In this document: piece after piece, positions 24,791 to 37,989 of the stretch | Numbering within the stretch: the first letter of the stretch is position 1 | How the letters are laid out: every line of letters begins with the position of its first letter | NCBI GenBank assembly: GCA_028534125.1 | Contig: CM052817.1 | Location: 51,772,001-51,836,000 of the forward strand | Source of the DNA: Lama glama | Taxonomy: Eukaryota | Direction of reading: 5' to 3' | DNA length: 64,000 nt | Made by a program: the position numbers and the translations under genes | The notes under the pieces: model-generated | The model's database searches: none | The model's input: only the letters and a program-made list of their open reading frames with translations | Told to the model about the DNA's origin: nothing

Positions 24791-27700
24791 ACATTTGATT
24801 ACTGTTCTAAGGTTAAAAGTATACATTTATTGCTATGATCTTATTAGGTTAATAGTTTTCTGTCCCAATAGATTCTAATTCCCTGAGAACAGAATTATCA
24901 TCTCAGATGACACTCTTAGTTGTTTCTTAACAGCACAATGTTGTATCTTGGACTTGCACTCTGCTATATCTTAGATAACTAACCTAGTTTCTGGCCCAAA
25001 TTTATTGAGCTCCCCAGCCCTGAAACTCAATGCCACTATGAAGACTGTCACAATTGATATTAGGTAGTACAGTGTGTAGGATCAATTTAAATTGCTATAA
25101 TTTTTATTTTACCATCACTACTATTTCACATTCCTTAATTATGCTTCCTTCAAGAAGTTAATTTTTTACTTATCTGGGAACTAGTAGATTATTTAAATGT
25201 CCACAAATAGGATGTAAAAACTGTCATTCAGAGGAAGCATACCTATTTTGCAATTCATATTTACAAATAACACATAGGTAGCAGTAACCAGTTGTGTTTG
25301 ATTGTGAATTTAAGGTAAAATGATACTACAGGAACTTTTTTCATTTGTCTCCCTATTCCAATCTCCCCAAAACATTCTACAGAAGTAGGTATCAGTCCTA
25401 TAGTTTTACTCATCTCAGTTTCTTGCTATAACTCTTGCTTTTGTTTGTTTTTAATAACAAAGAGCACACTTCCCAAATTTTTTCTTTGATGAATTAACTA
25501 TGTTGATCTTGTGGTCTGTTCCTATTTGATAGAGTAGTTATGTGGGGTTTCCAGGGGCCCCAGTAAGACTGTGCATGCATTTGGGCCAATAATCTTCTTT
25601 CTATAGTCTTCCCAGTACCCTCAGATTTCTTTTCAGAATTAGTAGAGCAAGACAAAAATACGTTATTTCTTAACATTGTACAACTTCATATAACAATTTA
25701 ATAAGATATTCAGAATCAGATGATATGATTTCTGGGCAGTTTCTGGATAATATGGCCTAATGTCATCTTGTATGTTTTAAAAATTGGGCTTTTCAAACAA
25801 ACTTATAGTTCAACTCAGGAATGATATAGTCAGTTGACACAAAGTACCAATGCTTTGGCACTTTGGCTATTATGCTAAGATTTTCTATCATAGATAAAAG
25901 TAAAACATAAAGAAATGATATAATTAAAAAAAAATATATATATATATTTTAGTTAGATTAGCCCACATTCCTCTAACTGCTATCATCCTTTTGTCTAGCA
26001 ATACCAAAAAGAGAAAACTCAATCAAAAGCAACATTCTCTGGAGGATGATCTAATAAAATCTATTTTTCTGTTTCTATATTAAAAAAATAGTCATAGAAG
26101 ATGAGATATTCAAGCCTACTTACTGGAACGCAGTAATGGAATAAGCATGGAAACCAGATTAAAAAAGCTTTTAAAACTATACTCATTTTTCTTCATTATT
26201 TTTTAATGTAATACTAAGGAATATATTTAGTTTTCACAATGGTGAATTATTGAAACTAAGGAAATTAAAGTTCTGTCCTTGATAACGGGTAGATGCGTTC
26301 TCTTTTCAGCGAAGTGAGTCAGCCTGTGTTGCAACTTCTCCGGCTGCCACATCAACTTTGAAGGATAGGTGAGTGGCTTAGTGATTTCCACTACTCGTTT
26401 TTCATCCTCCGAGTGTCTCTTCTGTTTTCCTTCTTGTTTTTCTTTGGTTTTTGTCTCTATAGCATAGTCATTTTTGTTAAATGGTATTGTAAAAAGATAT
26501 ACTTTGAAAAAATTCTTCTAAAATGTAATACTGATTTTGAAGCAAGAAAAGGCTTTTCAAATAGATGTAAAAGATACAAAAGACTAAGGCTAGTCAGTAT
26601 TTAGGGAAGTAGAAATCTAACAATGCATACACTTAAAGGAAAAAAGACTAGTTTCTCCATTCACATTGTTAACTTTACATGAAAGAAGAAGGGAATTAGG
26701 GAAAAAACATTTCTAATAATAGAAAGAAGAGTTAATTCTTCCATGTACCCCCCCTCAAGGAATAGAGGGCAAGACCTGGTGAATAGGTGCCCCAACCTCC
26801 TGCAGCAGGTGCCCACTAAACCCCACCCTTCCCTTCCTTTGTCATCTTCCAGCAATAAGCTAAGAAATTGCTGGCACCATCTCTTAAACTTTGTTCTTGG
26901 TATTATTCTTGTTGATGGATAAGATAAATCAACTGGCATTTAGTTTTGTTGACTGTATGTATCTTCCCTATAGTATTTTTTTACTTCAAATCCTTACAAA
27001 AATATAGAGTTCAATTCTTATTCCTATTTATCTTTAACATGACTTTTTTTCCCTAATATATCTTGAGAGATCAAAAATGTACTAGAAAAATCTCTTATAA
27101 GAAATTAATAATGTAAATACCACTTCTTACTGAAGCCTAAATCTTAAATGTTTAAGCTGGTTATAAACATGCTTTTCTAATAAACCTGATTAATTTATAA
27201 ATTCAATTTTAATGTCTTCAAGTTTCTGTATGTGAGCAAGGCCGACAGTCACATCCTCTCACAACTGTGGGCTTTTACGAGGCTATCACCAAGGCCAGTA
27301 AAAAGTGACCTCAGGGATGTGAAAGAGCAGACACTTCAAAAATCATTTCAAAGAACTGGTCTTAGAACACTTGAATTGGCATATATAAGAAGGCATTTCA
27401 TAAGTGCTTTAATAAAATAACTCCAGTGAATTACCTATACATTTACAGAGAAACATTTTGTTGTTTGTTTGTTACACATCAATACAGCAAATCAATCCTT
27501 GAGAGTAAACCACGAATCCTGACTCGTGATTTTTTTAAGCTATGACTCAGAGAAGCCTGCAAGTGATAAATAAAGAAGACTTTGTAAAAGAAAAGCAAAA
27601 ACAACTTTATAACTCTCTATAAATAGCCTTGCACATTCTTGTTTATTTAGTTTAGTTTTTAGCATTTTTTTTCACTTTCCCCATATATAAAATAAAAGAT

Positions 27701-28939
27701 GACTGTTGCTTTAAACATTTTTAAACATGATGTCATTGAGCTAATTCAAAAGTTTAACAATCCTTCACTCCCTACAAATAAGTTCCTAATCAAGAAACAT
27801 CATTTAAGATCTTAGTCATTTGACTCTAGGGATATCATTATTTGCTCCCTTTTCACATTCCTAATATACATTTTTAGCTATTTAGTCACACTAGACTGCT
27901 GTTAGTTTCCTGAAAAAGTTGGTCTGTATTTCTACCTGTCTGCATTGTTCCCTTTGCTTGTAACATCTCATTTCTAAAACCAAAATAATGGAGACTCAGG
28001 TTAATCTGATGATCTTACCTCATACTGCAGAGAGAAATAGAAGCAATTATTTAAGGACTAACTATCATATTTACCAATCTATATTGTCTTTTTTCCATTT
28101 GGGTCATTAAATATGGTATTCAGGTTCCTATCCAAATCCAACCCCTCCCCATGCTCTAGACCCCATTCCTTTTTACTTTCTCAAGGTCTTTGCATGAAAG
28201 TTAGCCTCCTTCTAGTCCAGTCTATAAGTTTGTCCCTCTCTATTGCATCGTGACATCAGCATTAAAAACGTAACCAGTTCTGACAAAGCTCTGCAGCTGG
28301 TTTGTGATTCTGATTCTTTGTTTGTGATTCTTCCTGAGTCATATATTAAATCTTCTTAATACTTTATATAAATGAAGCATATTATGATTCCTGTTAATTG
28401 AAAAGAAAACTAGAAAAGCATATAGCATATTTTAAAATTGGAGGGGGCTATTTATCACACAGAATAAACAAATAATTATGTGCCATGATAAATGTCAAAA
28501 TGCTGGCATATAATTAAAAAGCAAAGATTGACATAGAATTTTCTGAACAAAAACAGAACAGATGTAGCATTTGATGGGTAGTGTGGAAAAGTGAGATTGT
28601 TGCAATTTGCCAAATTGACTGTCCTATATATCTTGTTGAAGAAATATTCTACCTAATAATTCAATGATTTTCTTAATTTACTTCACTTGAATGAAATTCT
28701 CATGGGAACTCAAAAATACACAAGGAGGAAATAATGTATAGTATATTCTCATCCAGACCTCCACACTCTAAACATTTGGGCAATAACATATATGTAAGGA
28801 TAAAAGATGTTCTATCATAGCAACAAGTAGTCAAGGTAAAACCATGACTCACACATGCATATGAAATAACCATGTGTCATTTTTTTACTCTGTAATTGAT
28901 ATGTCAACCAGTAAGATGCTAAAACTAGTTATGGAATCA

Positions 28940-29390
28940 AAAGATTCCAAGGAATAGACATGTATATCGATGATTGGGCATACTAAAATAAATTTGCTAA
29001 GATATGCAAAACTGCTCAATATCAAAAAGAAAATAAAATGTGATGTTTGGAATGATCTCTTCCACCCTGGTGAGTTGGGATAGGGGAAATCAATTGCATC
29101 TTCACCAGGCATAATTAATTATCTTCTCTGTAAACACGAACAACTTGCATCACCATGAGCCTTCCAAGTTAATGCCCGCCTAAAGAGAGCTGTGTAACAG
29201 ACCAGTAAAGACAATGAAAGGCATATACCCCTGTAGAGCACCCCAAGTGTCCCCTAGAACCCCTAGCATTCCATGGAGAAGATACCCAGTAATCATTTAC
29301 TAATTTCAAAGCCTTTCACATTTTTTTCTGATGCAAACATGTTCCACAGAGGAGGCAGTCCATTGAGACAGAAGATGACAAGGAAATCAA
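28940..29390 (+). mobile_element. CR1/L3 LINE RT remnant
   Basis: aaatttgctaagatatgcaaaactg (KFADDTKL-like), ggaatgatctc (QNDL-like) and gttccacagaggaggcag (VQRRA-like) occur in CR1 order. Confidence 0.5.
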
Positions 29391-30859
29391 GTCTGACATT
29401 TCCTGATTTTAATGCCCGTGTAAACATACAGGTATCAAAACAAAACTCCATCTGACCTATTCTAAATTTGCTATAAACAGAAGCAGACTTCTGGACTGAA
29501 ACTTTTTTTGATGCTCCTTCATTCTACTGTTTATACATGTGCTAACAGGAAAATATATTACTGATTGATATTATAATTAAAATATAACTAACAAAACTCT
29601 CGATTTTAGTGGTCAGGGTTACTAATTTCCAATGTAAAATAAACATCAATACTACATTTCTTAAGCAAACATTATTTAAAGATATAAAGAAAAGTCCATG
29701 ATCGCTCTTGTCATCATATTATTTTGATAGTCTCAGATTTTGAACACTGTCCCTCTTAAACTGTCAGTACAGAAAATAAGATCTGACTTTACTTAGAAAT
29801 CAGTTTTTTATTTAGTTCTTCTAATTCTTTTCTGATCAGAATCCAGTGAGATAAATCTGAAAAAGTCTTATAATAAAAAAGAGAAAGATTCATTTCAGTT
29901 TTTTAAAAAATTATATTATTCATTGGCAACATACAAGTAGTTCCCAACTGAGAATTCTATATTGTTTTCCATGGATTTTCTTTTCAAGTCAAAGAGAAGT
30001 CTTTCATTCTACTTCCCTTTTTGCCTTTTCTAGTAATATGAACCCTTTCATTGGGCATTAACCTCCCTGAAACCATTAAGCCCTTTGTATTAATTCACAC
30101 TGGAAAAGTCTAGACAGTTGACTGGTGAAAAGGTCCATATCTGAGTTGTATTGTTTTTCCATCAGGATTATTAATACTATAAGAAAATTGTTCACAAAGG
30201 CATTCTCCTTCTTACTGCATTTTAATAAGCTGCTTATGCTAAGCAGTTGTCTGCGATTGTTGTGCTGTTAAGAGGGGTACACACATCTATCCAAGGGATA
30301 AACAGGTGAATCTGCTTCAGCTGAGTCATTTACATGTCTCTATAAAATATGTATGACCGAATTTACATATCAATGTAAATAGCAATAGTTAGATGTTCCT
30401 TTTGGCTCATCTCAAGAGATAAGAGTAAGAAAGACACTAGGGATTTAGAAAGATTATCCTGAAATTCTCATTAAAACTATACAATACAGGTACGAAAGTA
30501 AAATGCATACAGATTAAAAAAATATTCTAAGCATTCTGAACTCTAAAACCACTCAAAATTTCTCTCAGGAGCACACATTTATGTATTTGAATTCTAGGTC
30601 ATCACTCTGAAAAAAGTTCTGGCACAAATTACTTGAAAGTCTGAGATTTATATAAAATTGGTAGCAGTATTAAATATGATTCTATAGGATTCAGCTTTGG
30701 CTTTTTTTTTTTTAACATATACAGGATATTTACTACATTCTTAGCCTGAAAAAATGCCAAAAATTCTCTCTAGAATTGGAGAAAAGTGATTATAAACAGG
30801 GATTAGACTTTTAAACTTGGGTGTATAAAGAACAATATATTCCTAATCAGTATTTTTTG

Positions 30860-30976
30860 CTAAAGCTTGTGAGAAATGCAGAATCTCTGACTCTTCCCCA
30901 GACCTAAGGAATCACGATTTGCATTTAACAAGATGCCCAGGTGACCCACATGCATATTAAAGATTGAGAATCACTG
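30860..30976 (+). mobile_element. MER5A1-like MITE
   Basis: gaaatgcagaatctc..cccagacct..aacaagatgcccaggtga..attgagaatcactg. Confidence 0.8.
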
Positions 30977-31037
30977 CTTTAAATTAATTCATGCCTTCCA
31001 CATTAGGTGACTTCAACCATCCTTCATGAAATGAGAT

Positions 31038-31111
31038 TTTTTTTGAAAACTTTTTTTTATTGAATTACAATCATTTTACAATGTTGTGTCAAACTGCAGT
31101 GTAGAGCACAA
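31038..31111 (-). mobile_element. 74-bp young L1 3' stub with TSD
   Basis: Perfect 12-bp repeats ATGAAATGAGAT (31026-31037, 31112-31123). Poly-T plus aatcattttacaatgttgtgtcaaa. Confidence 0.88.
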
Positions 31112-32869
31112 ATGAAATGAGATCTTAACACGGAGACACTGCCACATTATCACAATATACTCTAATGTGAAATTCTACAAAATATAATGGAAAACTATGT
31201 CTCAATACTACAACCATATTGATTTTATTAAAAGACACACTAGATGATCTTTTGCTTGACTATGTATATAGTTTTCACTATGTCTCTAAAATAAAATCAA
31301 CTCCCCAACATACAACGTCTAAACTGACTTGGTCACAGACCAATCAGGTCACAATCGCATACAAATTTTGCTCTCTAGATATAGTAAACACTTGCAATTT
31401 TTGGAACGCCTATTATCTTTCTTGCCTCTGCACTTTTTACATACAAATTCTTCAGGCTAGATTGCAACATTCACTTTTACCCCTCTTTTTCCAGCTGACG
31501 AATCTTCTATCAATTATACGCACTGTGAAGACCTGACTAATTCCAAACTCTATTTGTTACGACACTTTAGTCATATTCCTATGAGATCTCCCTTTGAAAC
31601 TCCAATATACATATTCACATGCATGTATATGTCCAAATCTGTTTCACACTGTAGATATAAAGATAGCAGAGTTATTCCATTCATGTTTACAACCCTATGC
31701 CATAGACATAGTACACCCTAATATGGGAAAGAATGCATGATAGAATATAAGAGCATTCCAGTGCCCTCCGGTTTTTTACATTCATGTTTAGTCTTAGAAT
31801 AGCATGTCATGACAGTTAGAAGGCCACGTATAGTATTTACTCCATTGGTAGAGAATCTGAATATTACCTTGAAAGAATATCTCTGCTTTCCCACTCTTAG
31901 AGCCTTAAAAAAATATAAACAGGGAGAGAGGAAAATGATGCATCTGTTTTATATCACCCATCTCTTAGCTGTACAAGAATTTGGAGTCTATCGTATTAGG
32001 AGTCCTAGTTCTACCCAACTGCCGGTTCCTCTGTTATTCACAAAACAGAAGCAAGGCAGTTAACAAAAGGATAACCTGAGTCTACTTCCTGAAAAGTGTA
32101 GAAGAATGGGTGGTCAGAATCCTTTCAAAGACTCTTTTGGCCTTTGTATTGTATCATTCTATAATGAAATTTAGATAAGCAAATTGCTGTGCATAAACAT
32201 AGAATAAATACAGAGAAAATGAAAAAGAGTAATGCTTAGGGCATAAGCAATTAAACTCATTTAATTCTATAATATCCCAGAAATATTTGTATATTTTGGA
32301 ACATCTGAATAGATACAATTTTCAGTATTTCATGACAAATTACATTATTATAATCATCTACATCTAGTTACATCATTATAAGTTCAATGTAGAACCTTTA
32401 CATATAATTTAGAATGTGGGGCGAGCCAATGGGATTTCTACTGTTGGAACACTGAAGTCTTCTCTTCACCCACATAGTCATTCTATATCTAAAATGCCTT
32501 CTATTTTCTTTAATAGGCTCACCAAGTGTTATATTTACTACCTGTCTGGTATTTTCCTTCATTCATTATTTATTGATTGCTTACAAGCAATTATTGAGAA
32601 ATCAAAAAAAAATAAATAAAATTTTTTAGCCATAAAGATAATCATGAGATAAGCAAAGGAAAGTGGGTTGGATCTGGAGTATAGACTTAACACACTGTAG
32701 ATTTTTACATACATGTAGTAAAAGTGAGAAGAGAACCTGGAGGTGGAGGCTGTAGTAGATTGGATTATACAGGATTGTAGACTCTGTGCAGGATTGCCAT
32801 TCACATGCAGCCTCCCCATCTAAAGGGATATGCTCGATGGAGTCTGGCGTCTATGTCTCTCCAGCCCTA

Positions 32870-33720
32870 ATGCTAAGCATGGTTCTAAGTAGTGAATCTG
32901 AAGATTACTTTTCTTCTTCAATCCTGACAAAGTAACAGCTGTTATTTTCAGCCATTGCTTTTCTCTATCGACTCTATTTCTTCTTACTAAATCTCATGTT
33001 AAATAAATCCCATAACTTTTCAAGCTGTTTTTCACCTCTCAGCATTTTTTTTCTTAAACATTTTTAAGTGGGATAATTTAATTGCAGTTAACATTTTATT
33101 TTTCTTCAATAGGATAATTCTTCAGCTTGATCTTCCAGCCTCCTCATTTGTGCTGTGTGTGCAGTATTTTTCAATAGAAATGGTATTTTTCCTTTCCAGG
33201 GTCTAAAAATAACATGTATCTGTCATAGTCTCTTCTTGCCTTCTTCCCCATCGGTGCAAGAGCCTTCACTATGTCTGAGACTCCCACACATTTCTATTCT
33301 GAAGCTATTCTTTGATTTCTCTATTTATCATTTCCTGGAGTTGCATTTTCTCTTTGTCGATTTTTTTGTGTTTATTTTTAAGGCCCATTTTTTTTTCCAA
33401 GTTGTGGGTCATGTTCTGCATCACAGTGGTCCCATCTTCTTCTGGGACTGTGTCTGTGAGCCTTCCAGGCCTGGTTACCTTGGCCCCTGGGCAGAAGCAA
33501 GAGCAGCAAAGCATCTAGTGGGGCTGTTGGGAGTGAAGGTCAGGCTTTCCGGGGTGGCGGGAACTGTCATTTTTTGTCTGCTTCTTTTTCTAAACCTGCC
33601 TCTGATTCACAGATGGCTCGCTTTCCTGTTCTGAGTTCTGTTTTGAATTCAATTACATATTCGTGAAACCCCTCAATGTTTTCTGTGGGCTTTCTTGGGA
33701 AAGCTTGGTGCTCCATCTTT
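32870..33720 (-). mobile_element. Ancient L1/HAL1-type ORF1 remnant
   Basis: Minus-strand fragments QNMTHNLEKK, HTAQMRRLEDQAEELS and KITAVTLSGLKKKSNLQI resemble the L1 ORF1p N-terminus, coiled coil and EIMAENFPEL..NLQI segment. Confidence 0.65.
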
Positions 33721-34009
33721 AAAACAGAAGTACAGTTTCAAGCACACAGTTTTTTGGACAGACTTAATCTTAAAACTAGAACACATAGCATTTCAGTTTG
33801 GCCTTGAAACATAGATTTGTGTTTTACCTTCTAGGATGGAGTGGGGAGGGGCTAAATGGAGTCAGGTCTTCCTTTAGCAATGCATGGAAGTTAGAAGCAC
33901 AAAATAAATTCAGAGAATCGTGTTAAAATATATTTCATACGTATATTTCTTAAATATATACACATAAATATTTAATGGTTTAAATGTCAAATGCTAATCT
34001 ATCAAATGT

Positions 34010-34228
34010 TCTATTAAGTCCTTCAGCTAACAAGATGAGGCCCACCTATATTATGGAGGATAACTTTCTTTACTCAAAGTCCAGTGATTTAAATGTTAAT
34101 ATCATCCAAAAAAAAAAACCCTCAAAAAACACAAAACCACCTTTACAGAAATATCCAGAATAATTTTTAATCAAATATCTGGGCACTGTAGCCCAGTCAT
34201 GTCAACACATAAAATTTACCGTCATGAT
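34010..34228 (-). mobile_element. MLT2 LTR, 5' portion
   Basis: gatgaggcccacctatattatggagg..caaatatctgggcactgtagcccag..acacataaaattt. Confidence 0.85.
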
Positions 34229-34755
34229 GGCATAATCAGATCTGTTCTCTAATAAGATAATTACAGCGGTGATCAGCAGAATAGATAAGAACATGGAGAT
34301 TTTGAGGGCAAGGACACTCTTGAAATACTTAAAGAGTAGGTTAATAGATTCTAGAGTAGTGCTACAAATCAGGATAGAGAACAGAAAGGCTATATCCAAA
34401 AGTAATTATAATAATTTTGATAAGGTCATTATGTATCAAAATATTTAGTAAATATTTGGTGTTTAGAAACTCGAACAAAGAAGTGGATCAAGAATCAAAA
34501 TGCAAGTTGATTAATCACACAGAAGTCAGAATTGAATCTATATTTATTTTTGACAGCCTTGAATAACATGTAGGTTATTTTAATAAAATATTTAATTTTC
34601 ATCCGCTTAAAATAACAAGATGATGCTTGAAGTCACAGCTATTTAAAAATTGTTAAGCTCAAGACTCATATTGGGAGAAATTTTGTACTTTGGTTTCTGT
34701 AAAGAAAGTAATCCTAAATATTCCTACAGACAATCATGTAGTTGGTATTGAAGAA

Positions 34756-34837
34756 GGGAGGGTACTAGCTCAATGGTAGAGTGCATGCCTAGCATGCATG
34801 AGGTCCCAGGTTCAATTCCCAATACCTCCATTAAAAA
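34756..34837 (+). mobile_element. tRNA-Ala-derived SINE (camelid Vic-1-like), short copy
   Basis: gggagggtactagctcaatggtagagtgcatgcctagcatgcatgaggtcccaggttcaattcccaatacctccattaaaaa with A/B boxes and a degenerate TSD. Confidence 0.85.
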
Positions 34838-36249
34838 GTCAGTATTAAGTGTGATTAATGATAGATTTAAGTTAATATTGCTGGCCATTTTCTACAGTGA
34901 ATATTGTGTGATTTAGTTTAATATAAAGCAGTCATACTGCTATGCTTTGATGCATCAATCAATAAATCTTATTTGTATAGGAAAAATATTAAATTCAATA
35001 ATCACAAAAGTCAGCAGCTCATTATATGTAGCTGTTGCATCAGCTCAGCTGTGCTCAACTGCCTTAGAATCATAAGACTGTAATGGGCTATAAGAGGTCA
35101 TTATTGTCCGTCACCTGCCCTAGCTGTGCTGAATGGACTGTAACAGTATTAGAAATTTAAGATGACCTCCTTTATACGTGATCAACCTCCTGTTTTTTTT
35201 TTTAACACTCTGACTCATTTTCAGTTGATTTTTAATTATATTCACTACTTTTCAATTACTGGTTTAGAAAACTTTTGAAAAGTTGTCAGAAATACAGCTG
35301 TTTTTATTAAGCTCAAGGTTTTAATGTTTTGATTTCCATCTGTCATCAGCAAAGGTTTATTATATTTCACACACAAAAAGCCACTCTGGTCTCTTTTGTT
35401 TGTTTCTTTTTACAAAGAATGATACCAATTTCTCCTGTTTTGTCAATTTTTGCAAAATGTGATTTAATGTTACCTTGCAAGAGAAAACTGTTGTTTCTTA
35501 TATTAACATATTTAAACAAAGTACAAATAGAAAGAAAATAAGATGACTTACTTTTAGTTTTTCAACAATAGAGGTAATGGAGCTAAAGTCCAAATACATT
35601 GTTTTCTCTTTCTGAAGAAACTCCTTGGTTGATATGCTTCCCAGGATTATACACAATTGTAATTCTGAGATGTCTTATCATAAGGCTTAATAGAGCAAGC
35701 GAGAGTACCCTGACATTGATATATGTAGTTTAAAAAGAAAAAGAAAAAAAGACAGTCAAAATAGGAAAGGTAATAGTTGCTGGTGCCAAAGAAAACAAAA
35801 CTGGTTTGGTGATACGGGTGCTGTGCAAAATCTTTTTGAAGTCATGCCACGTTTTCCATAGCTAGTTTCTCTAGAGGCTTAAAATTAAATTATTTTCAAA
35901 ACTGCCTTAAGATTAAAATAATGCAGGGAGGTGAGGTGGGGGTGTGAACTAACAAATTACCAGAATGGAAATTAGAGTTTAAAGGCTGACAGAAAAAAAA
36001 AATCAAGAAAATATTAATTTTCTGCCTAAAAATAATATGTGTGTTAATGAATTATTCATGTCCATGGAATGTCTTCTTACAAATACATACTTGCATTTAT
36101 CATTAAAATGGCTCTAGAGCAATCCTTTACTAAGAACAGGTACTGCCACTTAATGCTGGGGATAAACTTCAAAGTTTTAGAAACAGGAAACTTATGATAT
36201 TTTATGTATTGAGGTAATGTTTGAAATCTTTTCTTTTGCAAAACTATTT

Positions 36250-37100
36250 TAAATTAATTATTTTTGTCAACATGAAGCATGTACCTAGATTTTTAAAAAA
36301 TTAGACACTACAGAAATGTTTGTAAGAGCAAGGGTCATGCCCAGACCTACTTCTTTGCAATTTCTGCGCCTCATAGGCAAATATTTTCAATCTTTCCAGA
36401 TGTTTCTTCTGCTATTTCAGTTCCTAAATATCGTGCTCCACTGCTATTTTTGGCTTGCCAGTTGTAGATTTCTCTAGTTAACAGTTATGATGTGTGAGAT
36501 CATAACTCTGATCACCCATGCTTATACCCTGACTTTCCCCCTTTCTCAGTCTTCCCATGTAATTATAAAGCCGCTTAATTTAAACCACCAATTAGAGTTT
36601 TCCTTATTATTATCTGTAAAAATATGTTCACTGAAGAACCGAGTAGTGTACTTTATACAACTAAATTTCCTTTCTTATATACCTGCATTTTCTAGAAGTT
36701 AGTGGTTGCTTTATTTTCTTCAGAGGTTGAATTGTTCATATATTTGCATTACTTTTTCTCACATGTTCCCTTCGATACATAGTACTTTTCAATCCATAAA
36801 CCCTTATCAGCTAACCTCTCAGTTCCTTTATTCCCCCTTACAATCCGTCTTCTGCTCCCTTCGACAGGGCTGCTCTCTGAGGTGCTGCTCTTTGTCATCT
36901 TAGGACGGCCCTTTACCGTTTTTCCTCTTGGGCCCTCTGTTTTATACTTTATGTCTTTCTCTTAATTGGTGTTCTCCTTTATTCCCTGAAGCACATGCTC
37001 TACAGGATATTCTTCTAAGGAAGAATGCGTGCGGGGTATGTGTTTTGAATCTTAGAATATCTAAGAAAGTTTTTATTCTCTGCTCAGACTTGATTGACGA
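36250..37100 (-). mobile_element. HAL1/L1ME-type LINE remnant
   Basis: aagaatgcgtgcggggtatgtgttttgaatcttagaatatctaagaaagtttttattct..gacttgattga matches the reverse HAL1. Confidence 0.7.
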
Positions 37101-37989
37101 TCTGTATATATATGCTTTACTGTGCCTGATTCAACTGAAAGAGCCTATTTTCTCATCTGTATAATAAAGAAAACATAAAAATAAGAATTATGTTATTCTA
37201 ATTAAATTACGTGACTACTGTTGATCAGAACTACATGGTCTCATTTCACTCTTTCTTCAGCACTATTCATGTGATATCAATAATTTCTTTTCTGGGAAAA
37301 TTACCCTACTTCTCGACATACTTCCTTTTAAAGTTTACATTTAGTAAGAATTTTTTTCTTAAAAAATTTTATTAATAAATTTAAAATAAAGCACTTACCT
37401 CTCTTCTCTTATCTAAGAGGAAATGCCTTATCTGTTTTTCAGTTTAAATCATTAAAAACTTGGGTATAGATATAATAATAATACTATGGTTGCTTCAATT
37501 ATCTTTTATTTAAGGAAGGAAATTTTGACAGAATATCATAAAATATTCTCAGAAACAAAGGCTCAATAACTTCTCAGTAGATACTGGCACAATATTTAAA
37601 AAAAAAAAACAACTCTGTCACAACAAATACAGAATATATTTGTGAAAATACATGGGTTGGAGCTACCTACGCCCAATTAGTACCCATATGTAAGTCTAGG
37701 AAATGGTGGGAAGATGAGAAAAAGGACAATTGGAGGGTAAAAGAGGTTCCCTGCCCTGGGGAGCAGATAATGGAGAAGCTAAAGTACATAATTTTTTCTG
37801 CAATTGGCTTCCGGACAGGTGAGCATATTCTTGGCTTTAGAAAGTAGTGTCTGGAAATACAGGGCTACATTGTTTTCAGAAGGACCTCTGGAGTTTTTAA
37901 TATAAGTTATAGTAATAAATACAAGAAAAAAATTCACTCTATGGAAGTAATGGTCAACACATTCATTAGAACTTCAAAACTTAGTTAAT

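Noticed and set aside
34756..34830. tRNA-Ala gene
   Set aside because: Disrupted stems, extra 5' bases, A-rich tail and flanking duplication indicate a SINE.
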